Part shown: piece after piece, positions 37,502 to 47,449 of the stretch
Position numbering within the stretch: position 1 is the stretch's first letter
How the letters are laid out: every line of letters begins with the position of its first letter
DNA from: a virus
Strand: one strand, 5' to 3'
IMG/VR virus record: IMGVR_UViG_3300009130_000002
DNA length: 64,000 nt
Notes under the pieces: model-generated
Databases searched by the model: none
What the model was told of the DNA's origin: nothing
What the model saw: the letters and a program-made list of their open reading frames with translations, nothing else
Translations under genes and position numbers: made by a program

Positions 37502-38101
37502 CTAAATATTTGAATCCATGATCGCTTCTGCGCATTTATCATGGAATTTTCTTAATGCTTTATTCATAAGAGCTAAATGCTCTTTGTTACCTAAATTAAA
37601 TACAGGGATTTTAAGGCTATTAGCCATCCTAATTGCTTGGCTTGTTCCACCAAGCTCTTTTCCATCTTCAGTCCAGCAAACTACAAAATCAACAGGCTTA
37701 TTTAGTGTTGGGCCTAAAATTTGATAAGCATTTCTAGCCATTAATTTCTTTGTTGCTGACTTTAAATCGTTCCAATTTTTATTTTTGTTTGGATGAATAT
37801 AGTATTTTCTAGCAATTGCATAAGCTTCCATGCTTACACCAATTGTAGTTGTTTGTTCTTGAATGGTTTTTTGATTAAAGTTATTCCAAGGTAAAAATAT
37901 TTCTTTGTTCAATGGAGCAATAAAGCCATGTCCAGTGGCAAATGCAGTATCTGCACCTTCTGCTCCTCCACTATGCAAAACATATCCTAGTGAAGCATAC
38001 ATTGAACCAATTTGAATCATCATTTTTTGAATGTCTTTTGGGGTTTTTCTTGAACCAATTCCTGCATATGACATTCCATTTCTTTTTTCAACACCAATCA
38101 T
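37502..38101 (-). CDS. phage SLOG/DprA-like protein
   Basis: YAGIGSRKTP, SGGAEGAD, ARNAYQILG, VVCWT, GGTSQAIRMA..LKIPVFNL. Confidence 0.85.
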   Translation of the reverse strand: MIGVEKRNGMSYAGIGSRKTPKDIQKMMIQIGSMYASLGYVLHSGGAEGADTAFATGHGFIAPLNKEIFLPWNNFNQKTIQEQTTTIGVSMEAYAIARKYYIHPNKNKNWNDLKSATKKLMARNAYQILGPTLNKPVDFVVCWTEDGKELGGTSQAIRMANSLKIPVFNLGNKEHLALMNKALRKFHDKCAEAIMDSNI

Positions 38102-38102
38102 A

Positions 38103-38285
38103 TCATTTTCTCTTTTTTTTCTGGTCAGCTAACCATTGGCATCTGGGACACCAAGGAGTACAGCTGGATGAGGGGCTAGTATTGAAATCATGTTGAAGTT
38201 TAATATTAACTTCTTTTTTATTTGATTTCTTTACTTTTAATTTTTTTTTGGAAGATAAGGGGAGGATATTCTTTCCAATTGTCAT
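38103..38285 (-). CDS. hypothetical basic protein
   Basis: 60-aa ORF, CTPWCPRC. Confidence 0.45.
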   Translation of the reverse strand: MTIGKNILPLSSKKKLKVKKSNKKEVNIKLQHDFNTSPSSSCTPWCPRCQWLADQKKKRK

Positions 38286-38367
38286 TATATATCCTTAATT
38301 ACATTAATATTAGATGCCAGGAACCCTAAAAGAGTCCAGGGAATTTAGGGCTCCTGGCAAAAGGTTA

Positions 38368-38862
38368 CTAAGTTTGGGGATTTAGCAACAATTGATACAA
38401 TTCATGTCCTGGAGTAAGTTTCATTTTGGCACAATGATCAAAACCTTGGCCATTTTCTTTATAGACTCTTGTAATGGAATAAACATAATCGTCTTTAATA
38501 AAGAAATTAAAGTTATTATCTTTATTTGTACGATTTATGAAAGCTTCAATATATTCTTCATATGTAAGATACCATGTTCTTAACATTTTATCCCAATCAG
38601 AAATATCGGGATCATGGTTGCATGGATTGTAGGATTGTGTTTCTTCACATTTTTCAAGATAAGTATAATCAGGATCATGCTGAAACTGAAATCCACACTT
38701 TGTTGTTATTTCCATGGTTAAACCAAGTCCAAGAATTTCAATTGAACTTATTTCAGGATTTCTATCAATTACATATTCATCAGAATATCCATATCCTTTT
38801 TTAAGTTCCATAGCTGAGTAATCTAAATCAATGGGAGCTTTTTCTTTAAATTCGTAATACAT
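38368..38862 (-). CDS. hypothetical protein
   Basis: 164-aa ORF. Confidence 0.65.
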   Translation of the reverse strand: MYYEFKEKAPIDLDYSAMELKKGYGYSDEYVIDRNPEISSIEILGLGLTMEITTKCGFQFQHDPDYTYLEKCEETQSYNPCNHDPDISDWDKMLRTWYLTYEEYIEAFINRTNKDNNFNFFIKDDYVYSITRVYKENGQGFDHCAKMKLTPGHELYQLLLNPQT

Positions 38863-38869
38863 AATTTTC

Positions 38870-39118
38870 CTAATAATTTTTAATAATGTTGTTGATAGCG
38901 TTTGCGTGAAGTCTTAAGCATTCGCTCATATCTTTGCTTATATAGTGTGAATCTCTAGTATATTTCATATTGATTACGCATTCTTTCCCCTCAGTATAAG
39001 AAGCGTTTTTACTAATGAAATGTTTATCTGGTATTTCGTAATTGCTAACAAAAACAATGATAGCTAGAAATACCATCGAAAATACAAAATACATTGAAAT
39101 TTCATTTAATAATGTCAT
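38870..39118 (-). CDS. small membrane-anchored protein
   Basis: N-terminal TM, C-terminal C..C; resembles 46525..46818. Confidence 0.6.
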   Translation of the reverse strand: MTLLNEISMYFVFSMVFLAIIVFVSNYEIPDKHFISKNASYTEGKECVINMKYTRDSHYISKDMSECLRLHANAINNIIKNY

Positions 39119-39288
39119 GATTAATCCTTAAAAAGATTAGGCACTGCCCAGTTCAAGAACAGAAAAAAGGGCTGGACAGCACCTAATCTTAAGAGATAAT
39201 TCCTTTGCCACTCTAGCCCAGGTATCTACCAACACCCAAAGCAAAAGAATTATCAACATGAAAACAACAACACAATGGAGAAAACGAG

Positions 39289-39882
39289 TTATTCAGTAAC
39301 TACTTCAAGGAGATTTACATCAAACTTAAATCCCTTGTGGTGATAAGTGACAACTTCAGTAGTGTCAGGATTAGTTGATTGAAGGAATGAGTCATTATCT
39401 TCATGGATATGACCATGCCAAGTACCAGTATTAACCGCTCCTGGATAAGCATCGGCAGGAATTAATTGACCTGGGAGAGTTTTAGATGGATCCCAAAAGT
39501 GTTCACTTACAGAATGCATACCTTCCCAGAAACGAATAAGGCTTGATTTATTCATGCCAGTAAACCAATACCAAGTACGATATCCATATTCTTCAGATAA
39601 TTCTACAACTACTTGTTCGTAATAACCTTGAGATTCAAGGATTTGTTGAGATGTATTAGAAAGAGCCCAAGTAAGAATATCAATGATATCTTGTTTGGAA
39701 GTAAGTTTGGCAATAATATCAGACATAGTTTTGCAATTTTCAAACTTATCCCAATCATTAATGGCATAAGCAGAAAATTCAATGTCTTTGTATTCATCGC
39801 CAAGGGTCTCTGAATACAACTCTAATGTATGGGTAAGTTGAGTAATAAGTTCAGGACTCAAAGATGTCATAACAAACTCCAA
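39289..39882 (-). CDS. hypothetical protein
   Basis: 197 aa, preceded by the T-rich motif and GGAG. Confidence 0.65.
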   Translation of the reverse strand: MEFVMTSLSPELITQLTHTLELYSETLGDEYKDIEFSAYAINDWDKFENCKTMSDIIAKLTSKQDIIDILTWALSNTSQQILESQGYYEQVVVELSEEYGYRTWYWFTGMNKSSLIRFWEGMHSVSEHFWDPSKTLPGQLIPADAYPGAVNTGTWHGHIHEDNDSFLQSTNPDTTEVVTYHHKGFKFDVNLLEVVTE

Positions 39883-39914
39883 AATAAGGAAAAAAGAACA
39901 ATAAACAATAAAAA

Positions 39915-40229
39915 TTAAATTTTGTTAAGAACGTCGATAAGACTAACGAGAACGTCGCCGTGACAGGCTTTAGGTTTGCAAAAACAACCTAACGTTTCAT
40001 TTTTTAAATTTTTAACTTTTTCTCTAAATTGAGAATCAGTATTAACACGACGTACTACATATTTTCTATAACAAAGAAGTGTTGATTCATTTGTTCTATG
40101 AATTTTACCACATTCTGGACAGGGTTTATGCATGACGATAGGACTACCAAAATATCCATCTTTTCCTTTTCCTGCACGACCAATATAAATAGAATACTTA
40201 CTTACTCTAAGATTTACACATTTTGCCAT
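39915..40229 (-). CDS. DUF4326 protein
   Basis: YIGR...YFGSP, LGCFCKPKACHGDVL. Confidence 0.88.
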   Translation of the reverse strand: MAKCVNLRVSKYSIYIGRAGKGKDGYFGSPIVMHKPCPECGKIHRTNESTLLCYRKYVVRRVNTDSQFREKVKNLKNETLGCFCKPKACHGDVLVSLIDVLNKI

Positions 40230-40299
40230 TTTTTAATCCTAAAATAAAAAGAAAAAAATATTAAAATTAAATAAAAATTAGAGTAAGCAAGCTTTAGAT

Positions 40300-40548
40300 T
40301 TAAGGATAGTCGATTAGATCACTGGTTTTAAGTGTATTTTGTGTTGCACTATCGTTAAGTGCTTTAAGTATTTGTGCTGCTATAACAGAATCACAATCTA
40401 TTTGTTTCCAGGAATCATTTGAAACATCAAAACATTTCTCTTTAATTTCCTGCTTTGGTTTTTCAGCTACCTCTGGAGGGTAGACATGATATGTACAAGC
40501 AGAGACAAAGAGAAAGATTAGAGAAAATAGACCTTTTGAGTTCATTTT
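40300..40548 (-). CDS. putative lipoprotein
   Basis: signal peptide with FVSAC lipobox. Confidence 0.55.
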   Translation of the reverse strand, partial: KMNSKGLFSLIFLFVSACTYHVYPPEVAEKPKQEIKEKCFDVSNDSWKQIDCDSVIAAQILKALNDSATQNTLKTSDLIDYP

Positions 40549-41000
40549 TATTTTCTCCAACTAGATGTGGAAAGAGCATGTTCACTCCACCATTTGAATG
40601 AGTGAGCACCTTCTTCTTCAGTTTTTATGTTCTCATCCCAAGGTTCCATTGGAGATGGAGTTTTAGATTGAGTTCCATAAATGGTAAATGCTGTCTTACC
40701 AATGATTCCAATAACACAAACATTTTTAGCTGGCCTATCAGGAAGTTCGATACAACGAGAAGGTTGATCGCGATCAGACCTTTTAAGCCATACTACTTGT
40801 TCTTCTGTAATTGGTTCATCACCAGCATCTGGACCATAAAGTGCAGAAGGAATGGTTCCTAAATATTCTGGAAGAGAAAGAACTTTACATACGAAAGTTC
40901 CTTCTTCTAGAGTAATTAGTTCTGGATGAGTTTGAATAAATTCTAATTGTTCAGGAGTTATAGGATGATCGTCATGTCCGATAAAAGGGAATACTTTCAT
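40548..41000 (-). CDS. phage hypothetical protein
   Basis: GTIPSALYGP..GDEPI...R...SR motif. Confidence 0.65.
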   Translation of the reverse strand: MKVFPFIGHDDHPITPEQLEFIQTHPELITLEEGTFVCKVLSLPEYLGTIPSALYGPDAGDEPITEEQVVWLKRSDRDQPSRCIELPDRPAKNVCVIGIIGKTAFTIYGTQSKTPSPMEPWDENIKTEEEGAHSFKWWSEHALSTSSWRK

Positions 41001-41796
41001 TACTTCTCTCTTCTCCTCTAGCTTTTGCTATAGAATCTCTTTTTCTTTGTTTCATAAAGTAAGTAAGACTAACCATATTTTTTAAATGTTCAAATGCACC
41101 ATTTCCAAATTCAGCAATGATTTCGGAAATCTGATGGTAAATTTCTCCAGGATCACATTCGAGATCCCAACCTTTAAACCACCACCAATACTGAGAACGA
41201 AAAGAAGGATACATCCATTGAAGCTTATTAACTCTTAATTCTTGTTTAACATACAAGCTTTTCCAGAGGATAGGTTCAATGGTTATTTCAAATGAAATGA
41301 GTGCTCTCTTTAAAGCTCCAGGCCAATCCCATACCTTATGTTCAGGGCCAAGCAAATAATTAAGAGCATTATATATTACCTGAAGTGAATCTCGTTCACT
41401 AAGGTGTTGAAGAAAAAGCTTCTCTATATAAACTCTTTCTTCCTGTGAATTATCACTAAGATGCATAGCATTTAAGGCATCAGCGATAATATAAACATCT
41501 TGCTGAAAAGATGCAGAATCAATACTGTTTATATAGTCATGGCATTGGATAAGAAGAAATTTCTCATCACTACATTGTTCTATATCTTTAAGAGTTAAAG
41601 GAGCAATGGCCTTTAACTTGTTAGACATGTAGAGCTGGCCAATGGCATTAAGGAAAGCAAGCCCTTCTTCATTTGTTGCAGTATCATCTTTGATTTTCCA
41701 CCAAAGTTCTTCAACAACATCTGCTTCAGCATAGAGTTCTTTGTTATTTGCGTTATAAGTGTCAGTAAATTGTTCAGAAGATAGCTTAGTTTTCAT
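40972..41796 (-). CDS. hypothetical protein
   Basis: 274-aa ORF. Confidence 0.65.
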   Translation of the reverse strand: MKTKLSSEQFTDTYNANNKELYAEADVVEELWWKIKDDTATNEEGLAFLNAIGQLYMSNKLKAIAPLTLKDIEQCSDEKFLLIQCHDYINSIDSASFQQDVYIIADALNAMHLSDNSQEERVYIEKLFLQHLSERDSLQVIYNALNYLLGPEHKVWDWPGALKRALISFEITIEPILWKSLYVKQELRVNKLQWMYPSFRSQYWWWFKGWDLECDPGEIYHQISEIIAEFGNGAFEHLKNMVSLTYFMKQRKRDSIAKARGEERSNESIPFYRT

Positions 41797-42066
41797 TTTA
41801 ACACCTTAAAGTTAAAGAAAAAAAACAAAAAACAATAAAAATTGAATTAAGGTCTGTGTTTGCCAGGATTTTCTTTTTCCCAGATACAAGCTCTGCACCA
41901 AGAAGGACAACTACCACCATATGCATCGTAATAATGTTCAATTCTTTTATTCGATTTAGTGTCAGTATCTTGTTTTAATTTTGTTTTTCTACTCATAGGC
42001 CAAACGTTTTTTCCAACAGTCATGATAATTCTTTCAGAATCTCCCCCCCTCCGGGGGGGGAGAATA

Positions 42067-42600
42067 TTAAGAAGTTTGAGCAAGGAATTGTTCACGATAT
42101 TTGTTACAAACACGCCACAAGAAAATTGCCCAACGATCAGCTGCTGGTTCAATAGCAGCATGGGGATTCTTGCAGTTAAATTCGTAAACACCACCAACTT
42201 CTAAATCGTAGTATTTTGGGTTGGATGGATTGGTATCTTTAGTCCAATGAAACTTAGGATATTGACAATCATAATACCATGATTTGACTTGACCAAGGTT
42301 GATTCCAACAGCACGGTAGTCAGCGTAAGAATCATCTCGGTGAGGAGTGATTCCAACAGAACCATATACAACAAGTCCAAGATCTGCGTCTGGCATCCAA
42401 TGCTTGCAGTAATTCCATAAGCGTTCGTCTTTGACAGCTGGTTTAAAACAGCGGTCTTTAAGGTCCCACTCATTGTTAAGCCAGTAACGTTGACGATTGA
42501 ATGCATACCTAGAGATATCATGTCCTAGGTGATGCTTGGTAGTTGAGAGATAATCAGTGATAGTAGAGAGTTGAGATGTACGACCTATAAGGGTCAGCAT
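42067..42600 (-). CDS. 2OG-Fe(II) oxygenase (AlkB-like fold)
   Basis: HxD (ITPHRDD), distal His (NPHA) and Arg (DRWAIFLW); start moved to MLTLIG. Confidence 0.65.
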   Translation of the reverse strand: MLTLIGRTSQLSTITDYLSTTKHHLGHDISRYAFNRQRYWLNNEWDLKDRCFKPAVKDERLWNYCKHWMPDADLGLVVYGSVGITPHRDDSYADYRAVGINLGQVKSWYYDCQYPKFHWTKDTNPSNPKYYDLEVGGVYEFNCKNPHAAIEPAADRWAIFLWRVCNKYREQFLAQTS

Positions 42601-42744
42601 GTAGCGAATCCTAATGTAAAAGTAAAAAATAAAAAGAACATAAAATAATAAAAATTTAGGTTTAGTGGTCCCCATTTTAGGCTAGAGGCAGGACCAATTT
42701 CCTCTTCGGTTCATCCGCCATTTGGATTTACCGATAAATTCAAT

Positions 42745-43077
42745 TTAGAAAGTTAAGCGTTCTGCTTTTAAATGTTTAATAAGCAGATAAGATTTAGATG
42801 CAGGTAATGCATCTGAAGCATGAGCAATTAACAGCTTTTTGCCTTGTTGGATCCAGTTATTGTATCGAGTTCCATCCCCGAGCCATTCTTCCCCAAAGAG
42901 CGTCTCTGCTGTTAGTCTTGCTTGAAATGGAGAGGTAATATGAAGATAAGCTAGAGCAGCTTTCAGGCCTTCTCGACTAGGTCGAGAAATACCAGGACCA
43001 ACAGTCTCTGGTTTATAACGGCCATGAATATACTCTTTTACAACTTTCATATTTTCTACAGTTCTTGCATCTAACAT
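42745..43077 (-). CDS. hypothetical protein
   Basis: 110-aa ORF. Confidence 0.6.
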   Translation of the reverse strand: MLDARTVENMKVVKEYIHGRYKPETVGPGISRPSREGLKAALAYLHITSPFQARLTAETLFGEEWLGDGTRYNNWIQQGKKLLIAHASDALPASKSYLLIKHLKAERLTF

Positions 43078-43092
43078 ATCATATAATCCTTG

Positions 43093-43443
43093 TTAATTGT
43101 GAGTAGACTTTCTAGTACGGTAAGCTTCTCCAGACCTTTTAAGAAGACCTTGGACTTTGCGACCAATAGAAGTCATAATGTCATAAAAATCAAATAAGTA
43201 TAAAAAATCTTGTTTGTGATTTGCTACATGAAGTAGCATACTAACAAACAAACCACAGATTGAAGCAGCTATAAGAGCTGTTAGTGTTCCTCCTAGTAAT
43301 ACATAGATCAGTAAGAGAGCGACCATATCTGATAAGAGTGGATGTTTTTGAATAAATCTCTTAAGACCTGGTGGAAATTTCTGATATATAATCAGAAACC
43401 CACCAGTCGTTAAGAGAGCCAGCGCAAAAGCTGTGCTAATCAT
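43093..43443 (-). CDS. membrane protein
   Basis: three hydrophobic segments. Confidence 0.65.
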   Translation of the reverse strand: MISTAFALALLTTGGFLIIYQKFPPGLKRFIQKHPLLSDMVALLLIYVLLGGTLTALIAASICGLFVSMLLHVANHKQDFLYLFDFYDIMTSIGRKVQGLLKRSGEAYRTRKSTHN

Positions 43444-44051
43444 TATGTTGTTTGAGGCTTGATAGTAACACTGGCTTTAAAGCCATTGTTCAAAGTTACA
43501 ATGTTATCAAGCTCATGAAAGAACTCAACAGCTTCTGTCTCTGTAATTTCAATCTTTTCTTCTTGTTTGAATTCAAGCAAGCGTTTTTGATTGTTTAACA
43601 AAGCTTTTACTTGTTCAAGCTTACTAAGAATTTTAGTAAATTGTTCTCCGCTTTCTTCTGAATAGCGGGTAGAGATATAAGCTGAATTCTTAAGAATTGC
43701 TTCTTGGATCTTAGTGAGCTGTTCAAGGAACTTCTCTACATGTTCTTTGCTGTGAAGTTTCTCATCTTGATCATGAACTTTCTTTAGAAACTTTTCAGCA
43801 TCTTCAAAGAGATCATGCAATTCATAAAGATCAGGATCGTTCATATAGGAAGTGACATTTTTATTAGCTGATGCAAATGGACTTGTCATAAACTTAACAG
43901 TTTTAAGCCATGCACCTTTAGTAGAGCCGTAAGGACGATCAGCTTCAATTTCTTTAATTCGAGTACGAAGAGATTCGATCATTGCTCGATGAGCTTTGAT
44001 ACGGCTTTTAAGTTGATTAATTTCTTGTTCACTTGTCATAGTTTTTCTCAT
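43443..44051 (-). CDS. coiled-coil protein
   Basis: 202 aa, heptad-rich. Confidence 0.65.
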   Translation of the reverse strand: MRKTMTSEQEINQLKSRIKAHRAMIESLRTRIKEIEADRPYGSTKGAWLKTVKFMTSPFASANKNVTSYMNDPDLYELHDLFEDAEKFLKKVHDQDEKLHSKEHVEKFLEQLTKIQEAILKNSAYISTRYSEESGEQFTKILSKLEQVKALLNNQKRLLEFKQEEKIEITETEAVEFFHELDNIVTLNNGFKASVTIKPQTT

Positions 44052-44121
44052 TTAGTTTGAATGTAATAGGGAAAAGGCTCCTTTTTTAACGGAGGGAGCC
44101 ACTCTCCGGGGGGATGGGGAA

Positions 44122-44670
44122 TTATGCACTAATTGTAGCTAATACACTTGCCTCATCAACCTTAACAGAATCATTGCTTGGAACAGGTAGATTCTGTTGA
44201 ACAGGGACAGCTGGAGTCTGAGTCTCAGAAGACTCAGTAGCAGCAACTGCTGCAGGCTGGTCCTTGCGCTTGATGATCTTAACAGGAATGACCACACCGT
44301 TTTCAACACGACGAGGCATAACCATCAAGGAATCAGATTGAGGACGAGATCGACCCTCCTTGTCAACCCAGACATCTTGAATAGAGCCAGGGTTAAGAGT
44401 AGCATGAGAAAGCTCAATGAAGTCACCTTTCTTGAGCGTCTGAGCTACGGAGATGGTCTCTCCAAAGAAGAAGACACGAGGATACCAAGTATCGTCTTCG
44501 TTCTTGTTGATATTATTGCAAGCGATAGTAGCCATGAAGTATTCACGACCTGCTTTAGAGGTAAAAGGACCAGCGGCATCTTTTACCAAGTTGCCCTTGC
44601 AAGAAGAAACAACGATAGAGTTAGTAATGTTGCTGGTGTTAGTAGTAGTAGTTGTCATAGTAATCTCCAT
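44122..44670 (-). CDS. single-stranded DNA-binding protein-like (OB-fold)
   Basis: GNLVKDA, IACNN...DTWYPRVFFFG..., LKKGDFIEL; low-complexity tail. Confidence 0.6.
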   Translation of the reverse strand: MEITMTTTTTNTSNITNSIVVSSCKGNLVKDAAGPFTSKAGREYFMATIACNNINKNEDDTWYPRVFFFGETISVAQTLKKGDFIELSHATLNPGSIQDVWVDKEGRSRPQSDSLMVMPRRVENGVVIPVKIIKRKDQPAAVAATESSETQTPAVPVQQNLPVPSNDSVKVDEASVLATISA

Positions 44671-44787
44671 AAGATAGGGAGCAACTCCCTGAGTAGTAAC
44701 TTAATCTGAGTAAAGAACTCAAATTAAAATAAAAAAAAGAACAAAAAACAATAAAAATTCTTACTGTGTTTTGAGCTAGGGGTTAGG

Positions 44788-45138
44788 TTATTGGTTAGGA
44801 TTGTGAGCAAGAGCATCTAATTCAAGTTGAATTTCTGGACTGACTTCGTCTTCAAATCCAACATGATTAACTTTATTGACATATTCTTTTATAAGCCAAT
44901 CGGGAATTCCGTTTCGCTTAAATTTGAAAATAAGCTCTTCAGTTTCACTGAATTTGAGCATTTTCCAAATACGAAATTCGTAATCACTTCTAGAGGCATA
45001 TTTCTTATCAGCTTCTCGAAGCTCTTCTACATTTCCAAAGATTTCTTTGAAATGAAACTGCATAGCCAAGATCATTACGCCAGGAGCAGCTTTGTATTCT
45101 TCAATATCTTTTTGAGTATAAGGATTATGTAACTGCAT
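44788..45138 (-). CDS. hypothetical protein
   Basis: start moved to MQLH; the track extension reads through the T-rich motif. Confidence 0.55.
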   Translation of the reverse strand: MQLHNPYTQKDIEEYKAAPGVMILAMQFHFKEIFGNVEELREADKKYASRSDYEFRIWKMLKFSETEELIFKFKRNGIPDWLIKEYVNKVNHVGFEDEVSPEIQLELDALAHNPNQ

Positions 45139-45187
45139 GTTAAACTCACTTAATATAAAAAGGAAAAATAACAAAAAACAATAAAGA

Positions 45188-45529
45188 TTATTTAATTTTA
45201 GCGTTTTGCCACTTAATGTCATGTGGCTCTATAACGGTTTCCCAACCATCATATTCTTCTATTTCATAGAATTCTTGTTCTAATATATAAATTGTTAGAG
45301 TAGCAGAATCTCCATTAGCTTCTTTACCTAGTGTTTCCACCATTTCTATAAGCAAAGGGTCATGTCTCTTGATGTTTAAATGACTAGTAAACAGTTTTGG
45401 ATATTTAGATTGGCTTGCTCGTCTCAGTTCTTGGAGGGCTTGGTCGTTGCCCCGATCAGCCATCCATTTAAGGCCTTTAAAGGAGACACCATAACCACCA
45501 TATCCAGCATTATAAACTACTTTATACAT
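45188..45529 (-). CDS. phage hypothetical protein
   Basis: KVVYNAGYGGYGVS...RHDPLLIEMVETLG...IEEYDGWE. Confidence 0.75.
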   Translation of the reverse strand: MYKVVYNAGYGGYGVSFKGLKWMADRGNDQALQELRRASQSKYPKLFTSHLNIKRHDPLLIEMVETLGKEANGDSATLTIYILEQEFYEIEEYDGWETVIEPHDIKWQNAKIK

Positions 45530-45667
45530 CTGTTTGATCCTTAGAATAAGATAAAAAAGAACAAAAAATAATAAAAATTGTATTTCTTGGGTTGGTATAG
45601 CCTGATACCTGGAATTATTGATGATTTTAGGGGTTAAATTTGGAATTTTCTTAGCGTAGCGCGGGTC

Positions 45668-45799
45668 TTACTTTTTTCTTAAAACGTAGAGTAAACATGC
45701 TCCATACAACATAAATATACCATATATACATAATACTTCAGTAGTAGAAAACATACTGTGCATAGTATCATATATATATTTTGTCGAATCGAGCGTCAT
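45668..45799 (-). CDS. 43-aa membrane peptide (not in track)
   Basis: MTLDSTKYIYDTMHSMFSTTEVLCIYGIFMLYGACLLYVLRKK. Confidence 0.4.
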   Translation of the reverse strand: MTLDSTKYIYDTMHSMFSTTEVLCIYGIFMLYGACLLYVLRKK

Positions 45800-46108
45800 T
45801 CTTCTATCTACTTAAAAATGTTAGACTTTGCAATTGAGAAAGGAAAAAGATATACACCTCATCATATATACATATATTAAACATATATCTAAATTACTAA
45901 GAATTAAGTAATAAGATATTGTGGATGTGAGTAATAAATAAATAACATAATGAAGAAGGTATTTGTAACTAACTTCTATAGACTAACAAGGATAGAATTT
46001 AGTTTTTAGATTAGTTCAACATGAACTAAAACAGTTTAAAACCGTCCAAATACCAGTCACCCTTCCTTTGCTCTATATCTATTATCTAATATAGAGTTTA
46101 GATTGGTA

Positions 46109-46137
46109 TATATACCCTTTTCACTCTCTCTTGGCAA
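46109..46137 (-). promoter_or_regulatory. sigma70-like promoter, leftward
   Basis: TTGCCA-N17-TATATA in a long AT-rich gap. Confidence 0.4.
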
Positions 46138-46524
46138 TACCTTTAAGATATAACCAAATAGCATATACATAAACCCTTCCCCCTTCGGGGGAATGGGACC
46201 AGACAGATTTTAAGGAGGAAACTTAGTAAGTTTTTTTGCTCTGTCTGATCCCTAACTTCACTTATCCTTGGCAAATAAGTAAAGTTATGACCCCCCCTAC
46301 CCCCCCAGGGGGGCGGGGAAGCCGCGCCTTCTTAATTCTTCCTCCGAGTTCCATCATGAGGCTTACCTTTATAGATCTCTTCTTTGTATTTGTGATCATA
46401 AAGGCTATTACACTTACACTTTACTTGCATAAGTGTTGCGTAAAGCTTACCACAGGAACATTCATAACGATCTTTCATATATACCTCCTATATATAAGAG
46501 AAAGATAACAAAAACTAATAAAGA

Positions 46525-46818
46525 TTACTTATTCAGCTTATCGACATACATCATGTGCCACTCTAGGCACTTTTCGAAATCACTGCGCATGTTCTGAACT
46601 GGTCTATCTAGCTGAGCATTGATGGTGCATAGCTCACCAGCAAGATAAACGGCGTTTCCATCACCAATGGTATAAATACCATTATCAGGACTATTGTTAT
46701 TATAGAATGTGACGAAGGCACCTGCTGTGCCTCCTAGAATAGCAATGATTCCAATTCCATAAACTGAGATAACAAACCATTCTTTAATTCGAGTGAGACC
46801 TTTTTGAAACTTGTTCAT
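46525..46818 (-). CDS. membrane-anchored small protein
   Basis: TM helix, C-terminal C..C. Confidence 0.6.
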   Translation of the reverse strand: MNKFQKGLTRIKEWFVISVYGIGIIAILGGTAGAFVTFYNNNSPDNGIYTIGDGNAVYLAGELCTINAQLDRPVQNMRSDFEKCLEWHMMYVDKLNK

Positions 46819-47073
46819 TTACTTCTCCTTAGTCATGTCGTTGAGGATTTGAGTGTATTGGATATGAGCGATTGCATGGTTATTATATGCAGGCTTCATT
46901 TGTTCATTGAGGATCTTACCTACCTGAGTTCTATATACTTCAGGTGTATACTTTATAGTGGTAGGATCATTGAGCGCTTCTTCTACAAGGTTGTTCCACT
47001 TGTTAGTTACAGCAAGCATGAAGCGGCTTACGGTGTGCATGATACTATGTTGCAGTGTGTCAAGGAATGTCAT
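46819..47073 (-). CDS. hypothetical protein
   Basis: 84 aa, GGAGG RBS. Confidence 0.6.
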   Translation of the reverse strand: MTFLDTLQHSIMHTVSRFMLAVTNKWNNLVEEALNDPTTIKYTPEVYRTQVGKILNEQMKPAYNNHAIAHIQYTQILNDMTKEK

Positions 47074-47215
47074 GGTGGCCTCCTATAGTAGCCAAAAGAG
47101 AAATGCAGTTACTGCTGCTATGTAGAATAGAATATCCATTCTAGTATTGAGTAAAAGATAAGCTCCCAACGTCAGTGGGAGCATTATCCAAAGAAGAAGA
47201 GTTGAACCAACCTTC

Positions 47216-47407
47216 TTACTGGTTGATTTCAAGGTATGGCTGGCCATCCTTATCCTCCAGTACGGTAATACCGTGTGTTACGTAAACATGGTCTGCCAGG
47301 ACAGACTTCTTCTCATCGCTGAGCTTCTTCCAGAGAGAAGTTACTTCAACGATTGCGGTTCTAAGAGATTTAAGTTGATCTACTGAAACAGCCATGATTA
47401 CCTCCAA
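47216..47407 (-). CDS. hypothetical protein
   Basis: 63 aa; probable start MAVSV after GGAGG. Confidence 0.6.
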   Translation of the reverse strand: MEVIMAVSVDQLKSLRTAIVEVTSLWKKLSDEKKSVLADHVYVTHGITVLEDKDGQPYLEINQ

Positions 47408-47449
47408 AATAAAGTAAAAAAATCAAAAAATAATAAAGATTATAATATA

